Below the pieces are notes generated by a model. That model was not told the DNA's origin. It was given only the letters and a program-made list of their open reading frames with translations, and made no database searches. A stretch of 60,327 bases of DNA from Fluviicoccus sp. (GTDB lineage: Bacteria > Pseudomonadota > Gammaproteobacteria > Pseudomonadales > Moraxellaceae), in assembly GCA_036279775.1 (NCBI GenBank), contig DASUIM010000508.1:1-60327 (forward strand), written 5' to 3'. Below, in pieces: positions 35,452 through 44,048 of the stretch (the first letter of the stretch is position 1; every line of letters begins with the position of its first letter). The translations under genes and the position numbers were made by a program.

Positions 35452-35766
35452 TTAGTGGGCAATGCCGTGCGGGTTCTGTTCGGCGATGGCCTTATTCAGC
35501 TGTTCGCGCTTTTCTGCGGCATTGATGACTGCCATTGCGAAGTCCGGGCCAAGGTGGCCGAGCTTGTCTACGGCAACGATGTGCGGAGCGAAGCCGTTTT
35601 TCTCGCTGTCGTGGTAGCAGGCGCCAAAGAGCTGGCTGTGTTCCTCGCCTTCTTCCTCCACGCAGGTGAGCGTTACGAAGTTGATGTTGCCTTCGTCGGC
35701 AAGCTCAACCAGCTTGTCGATCAACGGCTGCATGTGCTTCTCAAAAAACTCGGCCTTGGTGCTCAT
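35452..35766 (-). CDS. Hypothetical protein
   Basis: RBS GAGGA before ATG 35766. Confidence 0.65.
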   Translation of the reverse strand: MSTKAEFFEKHMQPLIDKLVELADEGNINFVTLTCVEEEGEEHSQLFGACYHDSEKNGFAPHIVAVDKLGHLGPDFAMAVINAAEKREQLNKAIAEQNPHGIAH

Positions 35767-35855
35767 TCTTGTTTCCTCGGGTTGTTGGCCGCGAATCCGC
35801 GCGGCGTCGGTGTAACCATCCACTGCAGCCCAGCACGCCGGGCTGCGATTGATGG

Positions 35856-36101
35856 TCAGTAGAACTGTGGATGCAACTTCTTCACGTTGCGAACAATCTT
35901 GCGCTGCAGCCTGCCGCTGGAAAGGACTTTACCCAGCTGCACGATGCTTATTCTGGCGTTGGTAGCGTCTTCATCCGTCGTTTGCTCCACGTTGCAGATC
36001 AATCCGATGCAGCTGCGCAGGTAGCGGCGCACTTTTCTGGCGTCCACTCGGCGGATATACGAATTGCGGTGCAGGTTCTTTGTCACTGTAGATTGCTTCA
36101 T
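35856..36101 (-). CDS. Basic hypothetical protein
   Basis: RBS AAGGA; 81 aa. Confidence 0.6.
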   Translation of the reverse strand: MKQSTVTKNLHRNSYIRRVDARKVRRYLRSCIGLICNVEQTTDEDATNARISIVQLGKVLSSGRLQRKIVRNVKKLHPQFY

Positions 36102-36125
36102 GGCTGGTGTCCTTTTGTGTTCTGG

Positions 36126-36212
36126 TTAGATGAAGTAGCCGATCAGCAGGCCCAGCAGCGCGCCGGCAATGCAGGCCTCGATTACGTCGCGGGTGGTGGT
36201 CTGGGCTTTCAT
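36126..36212 (-). CDS. 28-aa TM peptide (MKAQTTTRDVIEACIAGALLGLLIGYFI)
   Basis: GGAG 7 nt upstream; first ORF after a promoter. Confidence 0.55.
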   Translation of the reverse strand: MKAQTTTRDVIEACIAGALLGLLIGYFI

Positions 36213-36246
36213 GCTGTTGCTCCGTCATTGCGTTGTTGATGGTGCA

Positions 36247-36302
36247 ATTATGGGTATGCTTGTGCGCTTGGTGAAATTGTATTTCACAATCAATTATTGA
36301 TT
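36247..36302 (-). promoter_or_regulatory. Promoter with two adjacent AT-rich palindromes
   Basis: TTCACC-N17-CATAAT; GTGAAAT-TGT-ATTTCAC 36271-36287; AATCAAT-T-ATTGATT 36288-36302. Confidence 0.55.
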
Positions 36303-36326
36303 GTCTTTCAAATTATCTATCGCGCA

Positions 36327-37091
36327 TCACACGCCGGCTTTGCGGAAGTCCGGCCAGTCAAACGACACGACAAGCCCGTTCTCATGGAAGCGGCTCGATA
36401 CCCGGTCGCCGATATATTCCGCCAGCTGGTCGCGCAGCTTGTTGCTGATTACCAGCATGGGCCGCTCGTCGTTGTACCGGCGGTTGATTACCTCCATCAG
36501 CAACAGGCGATCGTTGTCGCTGCCGCGCATCTGGTCGATCTCATCCAGGATCAGCAGGTCGTACTCGGTGAACTTCTGGATTTCGCCAGCCTCTGTCTTT
36601 CCCTCCTGGCTGTAGGCTGCCTTGATCTCCCCCAGCATCTGCATGGCCGTGACGTACCGGACAGACATCAGCGCGCGCTCTATCAGGCGTTCGCCCAGCT
36701 CGCAGGCCATCAGTGTCTTGCCGGTGCCTGGCTCGCCTACCAGCATCAGCACGCGCCAGCCGCCACTATTGCCGGCTTCCACCACGGCATCGAAGAACGT
36801 CTTCGCCAAGCCGCGCGCCTGCCTGTGCTGTTCGTTGTGCGCCTTGAAGCTCTTGCCTTGGTACTTGTGCGGGATGCGGGCGATCTTGTGCAGCAGCTCG
36901 CGCCGGTCGTCCTCCCATTTCTTCCTGGCCTCGGCGCGGGATTTCTCCTCCATGCAGACCGGGCAGTACCAGTCGTGGCCCTTGCGCACCTTCACCGTCT
37001 GCGGGCCGTGCTGCTCGCAATCGCCGTCGATGTCCTCGAACAGGTGGCTGAAGTCCGGCAGGCTGCCGGCAATGTGTTTCAGGTCGCTCAT
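36327..37091 (-). CDS. dnaC: DnaC/IstB-like helicase-loader ATPase
   Basis: CEQHG/CPVC, GEPGTGKT, LLILDE, INRRY, ISN. Confidence 0.9.
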   Translation of the reverse strand: MSDLKHIAGSLPDFSHLFEDIDGDCEQHGPQTVKVRKGHDWYCPVCMEEKSRAEARKKWEDDRRELLHKIARIPHKYQGKSFKAHNEQHRQARGLAKTFFDAVVEAGNSGGWRVLMLVGEPGTGKTLMACELGERLIERALMSVRYVTAMQMLGEIKAAYSQEGKTEAGEIQKFTEYDLLILDEIDQMRGSDNDRLLLMEVINRRYNDERPMLVISNKLRDQLAEYIGDRVSSRFHENGLVVSFDWPDFRKAGV

Positions 37092-37093
37092 AG

Positions 37094-37912
37094 TCAGAAA
37101 GGCCCGTCGTGAGGTTTCACATCAAGCAGCGCGATCTGGCGCTGCATGGTCTGGTTGTCGGCAGTTCTGTCGTAGTGGGCGCGGTGGCGGTCATCGCGCG
37201 GCGCCTGGCTTCCACCAGCCTTCGGCTCGAACAGACCTTGCCAGCCGTTGCTGATACTCGTCCGGATGATGTCCGCAGCAGAGTGGCCGGCAGCCGCCCA
37301 TGCCTCCAGCTTGCCAACCTGGGCGAGCATGGTCTGCTCGGAAACGGTCACCTTCCGGTTACGGCGATAGGCGATCCACTCTGCCCATGCGTCTGCAGGA
37401 ATGCAGTCAGGCAGAGCGATCTTCAGCGGGTCAAACCGTGCCGGCTTGCCCGGCGCCTTATCTACTACGTCAGTAGTAGTATTGGTTTTGGTATTGGTAT
37501 TGGGAGCATTGCCATCGCATCCATTTTCGATGCGTTCGCATCCATTTTCCGATGCGTTCGCATTGCCATCGCTTTGCGTTCGCTCTGCATCGGCATTGCG
37601 CCAGCGTGCCTTTGCGGATTGCGATGCCTTCTCTCGCTTGGATGCGAGCGTATGGATCACGTCATCGCAGCGGGAGTTGCGCCAACCTTCTGGCGTCTCC
37701 TCGAAGAACTCATCGAGGATGGTATCGACTGCCTCACGCTGCTCCTGGGTAGCAGCACGGGCAAGTCGGTACACCTGCCGGCGCTCGAGCGGCAGCGGCT
37801 CCTCGCGGGTGTAATAGGCGTCGATGAGGCGACGGTAGGCCATGTCCTCGTCCCAGCTCAAATGCTGGGTGGCGCTGGCGTAGTCGCCAATATGGAATGG
37901 GTAGTAGTTCAT
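37094..37912 (-). CDS. Replication initiator, YdaU/DUF1376 family
   Basis: MNYYPFHIGDY...AYRRLID.YY; C-terminal SISNGWQGLF. Confidence 0.88.
   Translation of the reverse strand: MNYYPFHIGDYASATQHLSWDEDMAYRRLIDAYYTREEPLPLERRQVYRLARAATQEQREAVDTILDEFFEETPEGWRNSRCDDVIHTLASKREKASQSAKARWRNADAERTQSDGNANASENGCERIENGCDGNAPNTNTKTNTTTDVVDKAPGKPARFDPLKIALPDCIPADAWAEWIAYRRNRKVTVSEQTMLAQVGKLEAWAAAGHSAADIIRTSISNGWQGLFEPKAGGSQAPRDDRHRAHYDRTADNQTMQRQIALLDVKPHDGPF
37472..37590. repeat. Probable replication origin (iterons plus AT-rich tract) inside the initiator gene
   Basis: TGCGTTCGC x3, GCATTGCCATCGC x2, GCATCCATTTTC x2, next to a (GGTATT)n tract; lambda-like arrangement. Confidence 0.7.
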
Positions 37913-38160
37913 TTCGCCACCTGCCAGGTGGAAGTTGTTGAGAAATCCGTTCCATAATCTTGGAACAGGTCGAGCGTTTCCGGCTCGCGGCAGCGCTGGC
38001 CGGCGGGCTTCGGCGCGATGAAGCGCACGCTGCTGCCCTTCGGTAGCTTTCCCTTGAGGAGGCCAGCCCGGGCGGCGCACTTCGGGCCGACAGCCATGTT
38101 GCCGATCATGGCGTATGGCACGGTCGGCCGGCCGCATAACGCGCACTTGGCTTTAATCAC
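37909..38160 (-). CDS. Small Cys-motif protein upstream of initiator
   Basis: GTG with AAGGAG; CALCGRP...GPKCA. Confidence 0.65.
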   Translation of the reverse strand: MIKAKCALCGRPTVPYAMIGNMAVGPKCAARAGLLKGKLPKGSSVRFIAPKPAGQRCREPETLDLFQDYGTDFSTTSTWQVAK

Positions 38161-38179
38161 TTTCGCTCCTTCCGAACGC

Positions 38180-38349
38180 AAAAACGCCTTTGGGCTGCTG
38201 TGGTGAGAATGCCGGCCGCCCCGGAGAACGAAGGGCGACAAGCAACACAGCAGGCCAAAGGCGTCTGCTGTTCTCCTATCTCCTCGATGCCGCTGGTTCT
38301 CACGCCAGCGATACCGAGGCCCTGATTCGTCAGGGACAGGCGCATTGTA
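38180..38349 (-). ncRNA. c4/CI-like structured leader with internal complementary motifs
   Basis: TACAAT 38344-38349. Loop GUGAGAA and linker GGAGAAC are complementary to AUUCUCAC and GUUCUCC inside a long terminator-like hairpin. Confidence 0.65.
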
Positions 38350-38357
38350 CCTGATCC

Positions 38358-38828
38358 CTAACCGGCTGGTGTTGAAATCGAACCACTGCAGGCAAGCATA
38401 GTGCGGCCAGCCTGCAGGTAGGCCATGATCTCGTTGCGCGCGTCCGTCCAGGACCAGCAGTAGCAGACGAGCCAGCCCTCGTCGGCGATCAGATCACCGT
38501 ATTCCACCTGCTCCGGGGTCGGCTTGTTCCGGCCTGCCTTCATCTCGATGGACAGGCCGGCGTAGCCACCACGGGCCACCGGCAGGCGAACGTCGTGCTC
38601 TCCCTTCAGCATCCCGGCGGCCTTCGCCTTGCCGGCCTGTGCCTTGGACAGCTTCACGCCGTTCAGGCTGCAGGACAGCAGGCGCAGCTCGGGATACTTG
38701 CGCACCACGGCCGGGCAGCGCGCCCACGAAAACAGCGCGGCTTGCTCGTTGAACTCATGATCCACGCGCGGCTTGCGCTTGCCTGGTAGCGGTGCTGGCC
38801 GTGTGGTTTTCGGCATGTAAGCGGGCAT
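38358..38828 (-). CDS. VRR-NUC domain nuclease
   Basis: GMLKGEHD...GLSIEMKAG..K.TPEQ. Confidence 0.85.
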   Translation of the reverse strand: MPAYMPKTTRPAPLPGKRKPRVDHEFNEQAALFSWARCPAVVRKYPELRLLSCSLNGVKLSKAQAGKAKAAGMLKGEHDVRLPVARGGYAGLSIEMKAGRNKPTPEQVEYGDLIADEGWLVCYCWSWTDARNEIMAYLQAGRTMLACSGSISTPAG

Positions 38829-38837
38829 AGTGATCCT

Positions 38838-39194
38838 TCAAAGCAGTCCGACCTTGCCGGCACGCACCAGCGCGCGCAGGGTCAGGACGATGGCGCGATC
38901 CATGGCCGCGCGGCGCTCGTCGCGGGTCAGGTTCTTGCCGTTGTCGATTTCGTGGTGGCACTCCGGGCATAGGGCGGCCGTCAGGCAGTCGTCTACCTTC
39001 TGGCTCTTGGCCTTGTCCTCGTTCCGGTGCGCGACCTGCACACCATACCGGCCACACAGCACGCAGGTTTCCAGCTCGGCCACCGCCTTCATCCAGGCAG
39101 CAGAGCGGTACACGGTCGGCGGGCGCTTTCCCGTTCCGCCAGTGTCGCCAGCGCAGCGCGGCACGATCTTGCTCGGGCGGGCTGTCTTGCTCAT
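38838..39194 (-). CDS. DUF1364/DUF968-like Zn-binding nuclease-fold protein
   Basis: CVLCG..GVQVAH.N...LCPECHHEID. Confidence 0.78.
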   Translation of the reverse strand: MSKTARPSKIVPRCAGDTGGTGKRPPTVYRSAAWMKAVAELETCVLCGRYGVQVAHRNEDKAKSQKVDDCLTAALCPECHHEIDNGKNLTRDERRAAMDRAIVLTLRALVRAGKVGLL

Positions 39195-39619
39195 CGGTGA
39201 TACCTCGAGTCGATGAATCGCACGCCCAGCTCGGTCGCGGCGTAGGCTTCCACCTTCTGCAGGTAGTCGGAGAACTCGGCCACCTTCATCTCGGTAGTGG
39301 ACTTGCGCCGGATGTGGATCGTGCCATCCGGCAGCGGTATCTCGATCTTCTCAGCGTACAGGCCAGCAAAATACTCGTGCCAAACGTCCTTGCTGTACTG
39401 CCGGCCTTCTACCCAAGCCTGATCGGCGATCTGCTCCAGTAAAAATGCCCAGTAGTACGCATTCGCCTCGCTGCTGCGCTTCCTGTCCGAGCTGGTCAGG
39501 ATGATACGGAGCGGGTTGCCGTTGTCGTTGAATGCCTTTGCGTTCGCCCGAACGATGGTCTTGAAAGCCTGCCACGCGGCAGGCCCGTTCAGGACGAACT
39601 CTTTGTATAAGCTCGCCAT
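39191..39619 (-). CDS. ninB: NinB/YbcN-family recombination protein
   Basis: KRSSEANAYYW...WHEYF...STTEMKVAEFSDYL. Confidence 0.85.
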   Translation of the reverse strand: MASLYKEFVLNGPAAWQAFKTIVRANAKAFNDNGNPLRIILTSSDRKRSSEANAYYWAFLLEQIADQAWVEGRQYSKDVWHEYFAGLYAEKIEIPLPDGTIHIRRKSTTEMKVAEFSDYLQKVEAYAATELGVRFIDSRYHR

Positions 39620-39628
39620 GTTATGACA

Positions 39629-40105
39629 TCAGAATGGAATATCATCGTCGAGATCATCCATTCGCGGCTGCGGCTTCGGCTCCTGACGACGAGGCGGCGC
39701 CGGCTCGCGGCCAGTCTGGCGGGCATACTCGTTCGCGCCGTTGCCCTGGCGCTGCTGCTGCTGGCCTTGCTGCTGCTCACCGCTATTGTTGCCGCCAAGC
39801 AGCTCGATCTCGCTGATCCGCGCAACGATCTTGGTGCCGGTGGTCTGGTCCTGCCGGCGGAAAGTCTCGAGGTGCACATCGGACAGGATCACATAGACGG
39901 CATCGCCCTTGTGCAAGTACGGCTCCAGTGCCTCGGCACGCTTGCCCCACAGCGCGCAGTCATACCATTGCGTCGGGCGCCGGCCGTCGTCGCCTTTCTG
40001 GCCGTAGTTGCAGGCCAGCGACAGGCCGAGTACCGGCGTGCCGTCCTGGGTGTAACGAAGCGTCGGCTCATTGCCGATGCGGAAAACGCCTACCATTTGA
40101 GCCAT
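39629..40105 (-). CDS. ssb: Single-stranded DNA-binding protein
   Basis: OB-fold motifs; C-terminal DDDIPF. Confidence 0.95.
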   Translation of the reverse strand: MAQMVGVFRIGNEPTLRYTQDGTPVLGLSLACNYGQKGDDGRRPTQWYDCALWGKRAEALEPYLHKGDAVYVILSDVHLETFRRQDQTTGTKIVARISEIELLGGNNSGEQQQGQQQQRQGNGANEYARQTGREPAPPRRQEPKPQPRMDDLDDDIPF

Positions 40106-40140
40106 TGCTCATCTCCTTGGGTGAAATCCCGCCGTAGCGG

Positions 40141-40482
40141 TCAAATGTCTTTCAGCAGGTTGCTGGCCGCTTCCAGGTGGCGGGCTGCCTCTTGCAGTCT
40201 TTCCGCCTTTTGCTCCGCGCCGTTGCTGTGCTGCAGCGCGCCGAGCGTCTTCAGCTCGTCGGCGCCTTCAGGCGTGGATGCGTCGATGTCGATGCCGGCC
40301 ACGTAGATGGCGAACAGCAGGATGCGGACATACTTCGGGATCGGCGTGCCTTGCTCGTAGCGCCAGCCGCCGGACTGGGTGATACCAACCCGGCTCCAGA
40401 ACACGTCTTGCGATTCGTCGCGGCTCTCGCGTAGTGCCTTGGCGGCGGCGCCGTCGATGTCGGCTTCGGTGTGGATTTCCAT
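40141..40482 (-). CDS. Cro-like XRE HTH regulator
   Basis: SQDVFWSRVGITQSGGWRYEQG; RBS AGGAG; divergent from the repressor. Confidence 0.82.
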   Translation of the reverse strand: MEIHTEADIDGAAAKALRESRDESQDVFWSRVGITQSGGWRYEQGTPIPKYVRILLFAIYVAGIDIDASTPEGADELKTLGALQHSNGAEQKAERLQEAARHLEAASNLLKDI

Positions 40483-40498
40483 ACAGCTCCTGTTTCGT

Positions 40499-40591
40499 TG
40501 GTTCGATTTCAGCACCAATGGTAGGAATATTGCACTGCCGTTGTCAACATGATGGTTGCGTTATTTACCGAGTGGTGCGATGTTGCGACCG
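40499..40591. promoter_or_regulatory. Immunity region: divergent promoters and four operator-like boxes
   Basis: Minus strand TTGACA(40542-47)-N18-TACCAT; plus strand TTGCGT-N17-GATGTT; boxes at 40499, 40519, 40553 and 40573. Confidence 0.75.
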
Positions 40592-40608
40592 CGTAACAGG
40601 GTAAAAGC

Positions 40609-41196
40609 ATGGAACTCAACCGACGATTCTTTGACTCGCTGATGGCCGAAAAGAAGCTGTCGCTCAGGGCATTGGCGGCACGTATGGGAATGAACCACAG
40701 CCAATTGAGCCTGACATTCAGCGGTGGTCGGAAGCTCCAATTAGACGAGGCCGCACAGCTATCGCAGATATTTGGGTTACCTCTGCATGTGATAGTCGAG
40801 AATGCCGGCGTCACTGTGAAACCGCTCGGAGGCAGGCGCGTCAACGTCATCGGAGCCATGCGGGGGGATGGAACCGTCGAGCTGTATGATAAGGGGGTGG
40901 TCGAGCGGACTACGGCCCCGGAAGACCTGCCAGACGATGCTGTGGCAATCCAGTGCCGCACAGCTGGGACCGGCCTCGATTGGATGGACGGTTGGGTCCT
41001 GTTCTCCAAGCACCACAATGGGATGGAGCCTGCCTATCTTGGGCGGGTCTGCCTTTGCCAAGTAAAGGATGGTCCTGCGGCCGTGTCGATGGTGAAGCGC
41101 GGCTACAGGGATGGGACTTGGAATCTGTCAGGCCCCTACCAGCGGGAAAGCGTGGTGCTGGATTGGGCCACCCCAGTGCTGATTACCAGAAACTAG
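40609..41196 (+). CDS. CI-like repressor (HTH plus beta-rich C-terminal domain)
   Basis: LSLRALAARMGMNHSQLSLTFSGGRKLQLDEA; divergent from the cro-like gene. Confidence 0.82.
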   Translation: MELNRRFFDSLMAEKKLSLRALAARMGMNHSQLSLTFSGGRKLQLDEAAQLSQIFGLPLHVIVENAGVTVKPLGGRRVNVIGAMRGDGTVELYDKGVVERTTAPEDLPDDAVAIQCRTAGTGLDWMDGWVLFSKHHNGMEPAYLGRVCLCQVKDGPAAVSMVKRGYRDGTWNLSGPYQRESVVLDWATPVLITRN

Positions 41197-41669
41197 CCTC
41201 TCGCATATTCTCCGAAATTGCGCGTTGCCGCTTCCAGGTACGCAGCGTTGGCCTCTTCCGGCGTGTCGAAGCTGCCGATATAGCGCGTCTTGCCATTCAC
41301 CCCTATGCGAGCCATCCACTTCTTCTTGTCCGGTCGAACGCCTTTAAAGCCAGTCTCAGAGTAACCGTACTTGTTCGCATGGTTCTGTGTAATCGTGGCT
41401 GCGCGTAGGTTTTCCCATCGATTATCAGAAGGGTTTGTATTGCGGTGATCGACAAGATGATCCGGCCAGCTGCCGGTCATGATTGCCCAGGCAATGCGGT
41501 GAACGTAGTAGAACTTCCCGCTTATCCTCACCTGAACATAGCCGTCTTTTCTGACGCTACCTGCTTTGCTTCCCGCCCTAGCGCGCCCCTTGGATACGCG
41601 CCATGTAAGCGAACCCGTAATGGGATCATAGTGAAACAGCTCCTTGAGCCGTGTCGGCGTGATTTCCAT
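41193..41669 (-). CDS. HNH endonuclease with AP2-like C-terminus
   Basis: VHRIAW...VDHRNTNPSDNRWENLR...YIGSFDTPEEA. Confidence 0.92.
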   Translation of the reverse strand: MEITPTRLKELFHYDPITGSLTWRVSKGRARAGSKAGSVRKDGYVQVRISGKFYYVHRIAWAIMTGSWPDHLVDHRNTNPSDNRWENLRAATITQNHANKYGYSETGFKGVRPDKKKWMARIGVNGKTRYIGSFDTPEEANAAYLEAATRNFGEYARG

Positions 41670-41817
41670 GATGACCTTTCATGAAATGACCTGATGGGAG
41701 TGGCAGGCGGATGGTCTGTCCGCCGTTCGGTCTGCAGTTCCTAGCCACAGCAACATTGTAGCAGCTTGGTGTTGCCTCATCGCACAAGCTGCGCGCTGCA
41801 CTTATTTTCATATTTTC

Positions 41818-41856
41818 CGGTTGCCTTTTCATACCATTGGTGCGATCATCCAACCG
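41818..41856 (+). promoter_or_regulatory. Promoter/operator pair for the recombination operon
   Basis: Boxes 41818-41836 and 41838-41856; TTGCCT-N17-GATCAT with TG extension. Confidence 0.65.
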
Positions 41857-41895
41857 TGGCAGACAGATCGCCACGCACCCAATGGAGAGCAACCA

Positions 41896-42942
41896 ATGAA
41901 CCTGACACGCGAAGTCATCGAGTTTTCGTCCGAAGCCGAATGGCTGGCACTGCGCAAGAATGACATCACCAGCACCGAGGCCGCCGGCCTGTTCGACTCC
42001 GGCTCCTACGTGAACAGCCGCACCTTCTACGAGCTGTTCAACATCAAGTCCGGCCTGCTGGAGCCGAAGCCGTTCAAAGACAACGACCGCACGAAGTGGG
42101 GCAATCGCCTTGAAGCGGCTATCGCCTACGGCATCGCCGAAGACCTCGGCCTGATTGTCGAGCCGTTCAAGACCTACATGCGCATTGTCGAGCTGCGCAT
42201 GGGCTCGTCTTTCGACTTCAAGATCGTTGGCCTGGTGGATGGCTTCGAAGGCGACCAATCTGCACGCGATATGTTCAAGGAGCACGGGCCGGGCATCCTC
42301 GAGGTGAAGAACGTCGATGCGCTGCAGTTCCGCCGCAACTGGCTGGAAGACGGCGAGAACATCGAAGCTACCGCCCAGATCGAAATGCAGGTGCAGCACC
42401 AGCTCGAGGTGGCCGATATGAATTGGTCGCTGATCGCGCCGCTGGTTGGCGGCAACACCCCGAAGATTGTGATCCGACTGCGCGACCGTGAGGCCGGCCA
42501 GGCGATCCGCGAGAAGGCCGCCGAACTGTGGCAGCGCGTGGCTGCCGGCAACCCGCCGCCGCCGGACTACACCAAGGACGGCGACACCATCGCCCGCGTG
42601 TACGTGAACAATGACGGCACCGAGGTTGATCTGTCCGGTAACTCGCGCCTGATCGCAGTGTGCGCGGCCTACAGCGCGGCAGGCGTGGCCGAGAAGGATG
42701 CCAAAGCCCGCAAGGATGCGGCCAAAGCCGAAATCCTGGACATCATCAAGCATCACAAGACTGTCCACGCTGGCGCCTTCAAGATCGGCGCCGGCACCAA
42801 CAAGGAAGTCTTCAAGGCTTACATCCGCGAGACTGGCGAACGCTGGACCATCAGCAAGAGCGTGATACCGGGCGGACAGGTGGAAGCCACCACGCCGGCA
42901 TACCGCAACCTGCGTGTCACCGGGCTGAAGCCGGCGGCGTAA
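41896..42942 (+). CDS. YqaJ/lambda-exonuclease-like recombinase
   Basis: EWLALRK.DITSTEA, WGNRLE, SFDF, LEVK, QVQHQL; start ATG 41896. Confidence 0.88.
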   Translation: MNLTREVIEFSSEAEWLALRKNDITSTEAAGLFDSGSYVNSRTFYELFNIKSGLLEPKPFKDNDRTKWGNRLEAAIAYGIAEDLGLIVEPFKTYMRIVELRMGSSFDFKIVGLVDGFEGDQSARDMFKEHGPGILEVKNVDALQFRRNWLEDGENIEATAQIEMQVQHQLEVADMNWSLIAPLVGGNTPKIVIRLRDREAGQAIREKAAELWQRVAAGNPPPPDYTKDGDTIARVYVNNDGTEVDLSGNSRLIAVCAAYSAAGVAEKDAKARKDAAKAEILDIIKHHKTVHAGAFKIGAGTNKEVFKAYIRETGERWTISKSVIPGGQVEATTPAYRNLRVTGLKPAA

Positions 42943-42975
42943 TGGCACCAAACAACACCATACAGGAGCATCACG

Positions 42976-43842
42976 ATGCAAACCGAAGTTCTCACAGGTG
43001 AAGCCCTGGCGCCCGCTGCAGCGCCAGCCGGCGGCCAACTGCAACAGGTAGGGGCGCAAGCCCTTACCGCACCGGCCAGCACTACCCCCGGCGCCATGCT
43101 GATCTACGCCATGGAGCGCGGCGCGGACATGGCGCAGATCGACAAGCTGCTGGACCTGCAGATGAAGTGGGAGGCGAACGAGGCCCGCAAGGCTTACGTG
43201 GCCGACATGGCGCTGTTCAAGCAGAACCCGCCCACCATCATCAAGGACAAGGCCGTTGGCTATGAAGGCCGCAATGGCGAGTTCGTCGGCTACAAGCACG
43301 CCACGCTCGGCAACGTCACCAACGCCATCGTTGAGGGGCTGGCGAAGTATGGCTTCTCGCACCGCTGGGACGTGAAGCAGGACGGCCAGATCATCAACGT
43401 CACTTGCCGCATCACGCACCGCCTCGGCCACAGCGAGGAAGTGTCTATGTCCTCCTTCAAGGACGACAGCGGCAAGAAGAACGCCATCCAGCAAGTGGCC
43501 TCGGCTGTCACCTACCTGCAGCGTTACACCCTGCTGCTGGCAACCGGCCTCGCCACCCATGAGCAGATCGACGACGACGGCGCCCAGGCGGCAGAGGTTG
43601 AAGAGCCAAGCATCGACTGGTGCGCCAAGGCCAATGCCGCCATCGATCTGAAAGAGCTGGAAGCAATTTGGCACAACGGCTCTGCAGTCATCGAAGGCCA
43701 GGAGCAGTACCAGCAGTTCAAGAACGCCTGCAACGCTCGCAAGGCCAAACTGGAAGCGAATCCGGCGCAGCCTGGCCGATCCTCCCGTGTCGCCAACATC
43801 ATTGGCAAGCGCAGCCAGGGCGACGAGGCACCACAGGAGTGA
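42976..43842 (+). CDS. erf: ERF-family ssDNA annealing protein
   Basis: QQVASAVTYLQRYTL...DDDG. Confidence 0.9.
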   Translation: MQTEVLTGEALAPAAAPAGGQLQQVGAQALTAPASTTPGAMLIYAMERGADMAQIDKLLDLQMKWEANEARKAYVADMALFKQNPPTIIKDKAVGYEGRNGEFVGYKHATLGNVTNAIVEGLAKYGFSHRWDVKQDGQIINVTCRITHRLGHSEEVSMSSFKDDSGKKNAIQQVASAVTYLQRYTLLLATGLATHEQIDDDGAQAAEVEEPSIDWCAKANAAIDLKELEAIWHNGSAVIEGQEQYQQFKNACNARKAKLEANPAQPGRSSRVANIIGKRSQGDEAPQE

Positions 43843-43844
43843 AC

Positions 43845-44048
43845 ATGAGCGACAAGCCGCTTTCTGAGAAAGACCTGTCTATCCGCTGGGGGGTGTCCGT
43901 CCGCACGCTGAAGGCTTGGCGCGCGGAGGGCATCGGCCCGAAGTGGACTGTGCTGGGAAAGAACACCGTCCGGTATCGGATGGAAGACATCGCCGCTTAC
44001 GAAGCGGACAGGATCAAAACCAACCCCGAGGAAAAGACCAATGACTAA
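43845..44048 (+). CDS. Excisionase-like winged-HTH protein
   Basis: LSIRWGVSVRTLKAWR..G.GP...VRYR; RBS AGGAG. Confidence 0.82.
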   Translation: MSDKPLSEKDLSIRWGVSVRTLKAWRAEGIGPKWTVLGKNTVRYRMEDIAAYEADRIKTNPEEKTND

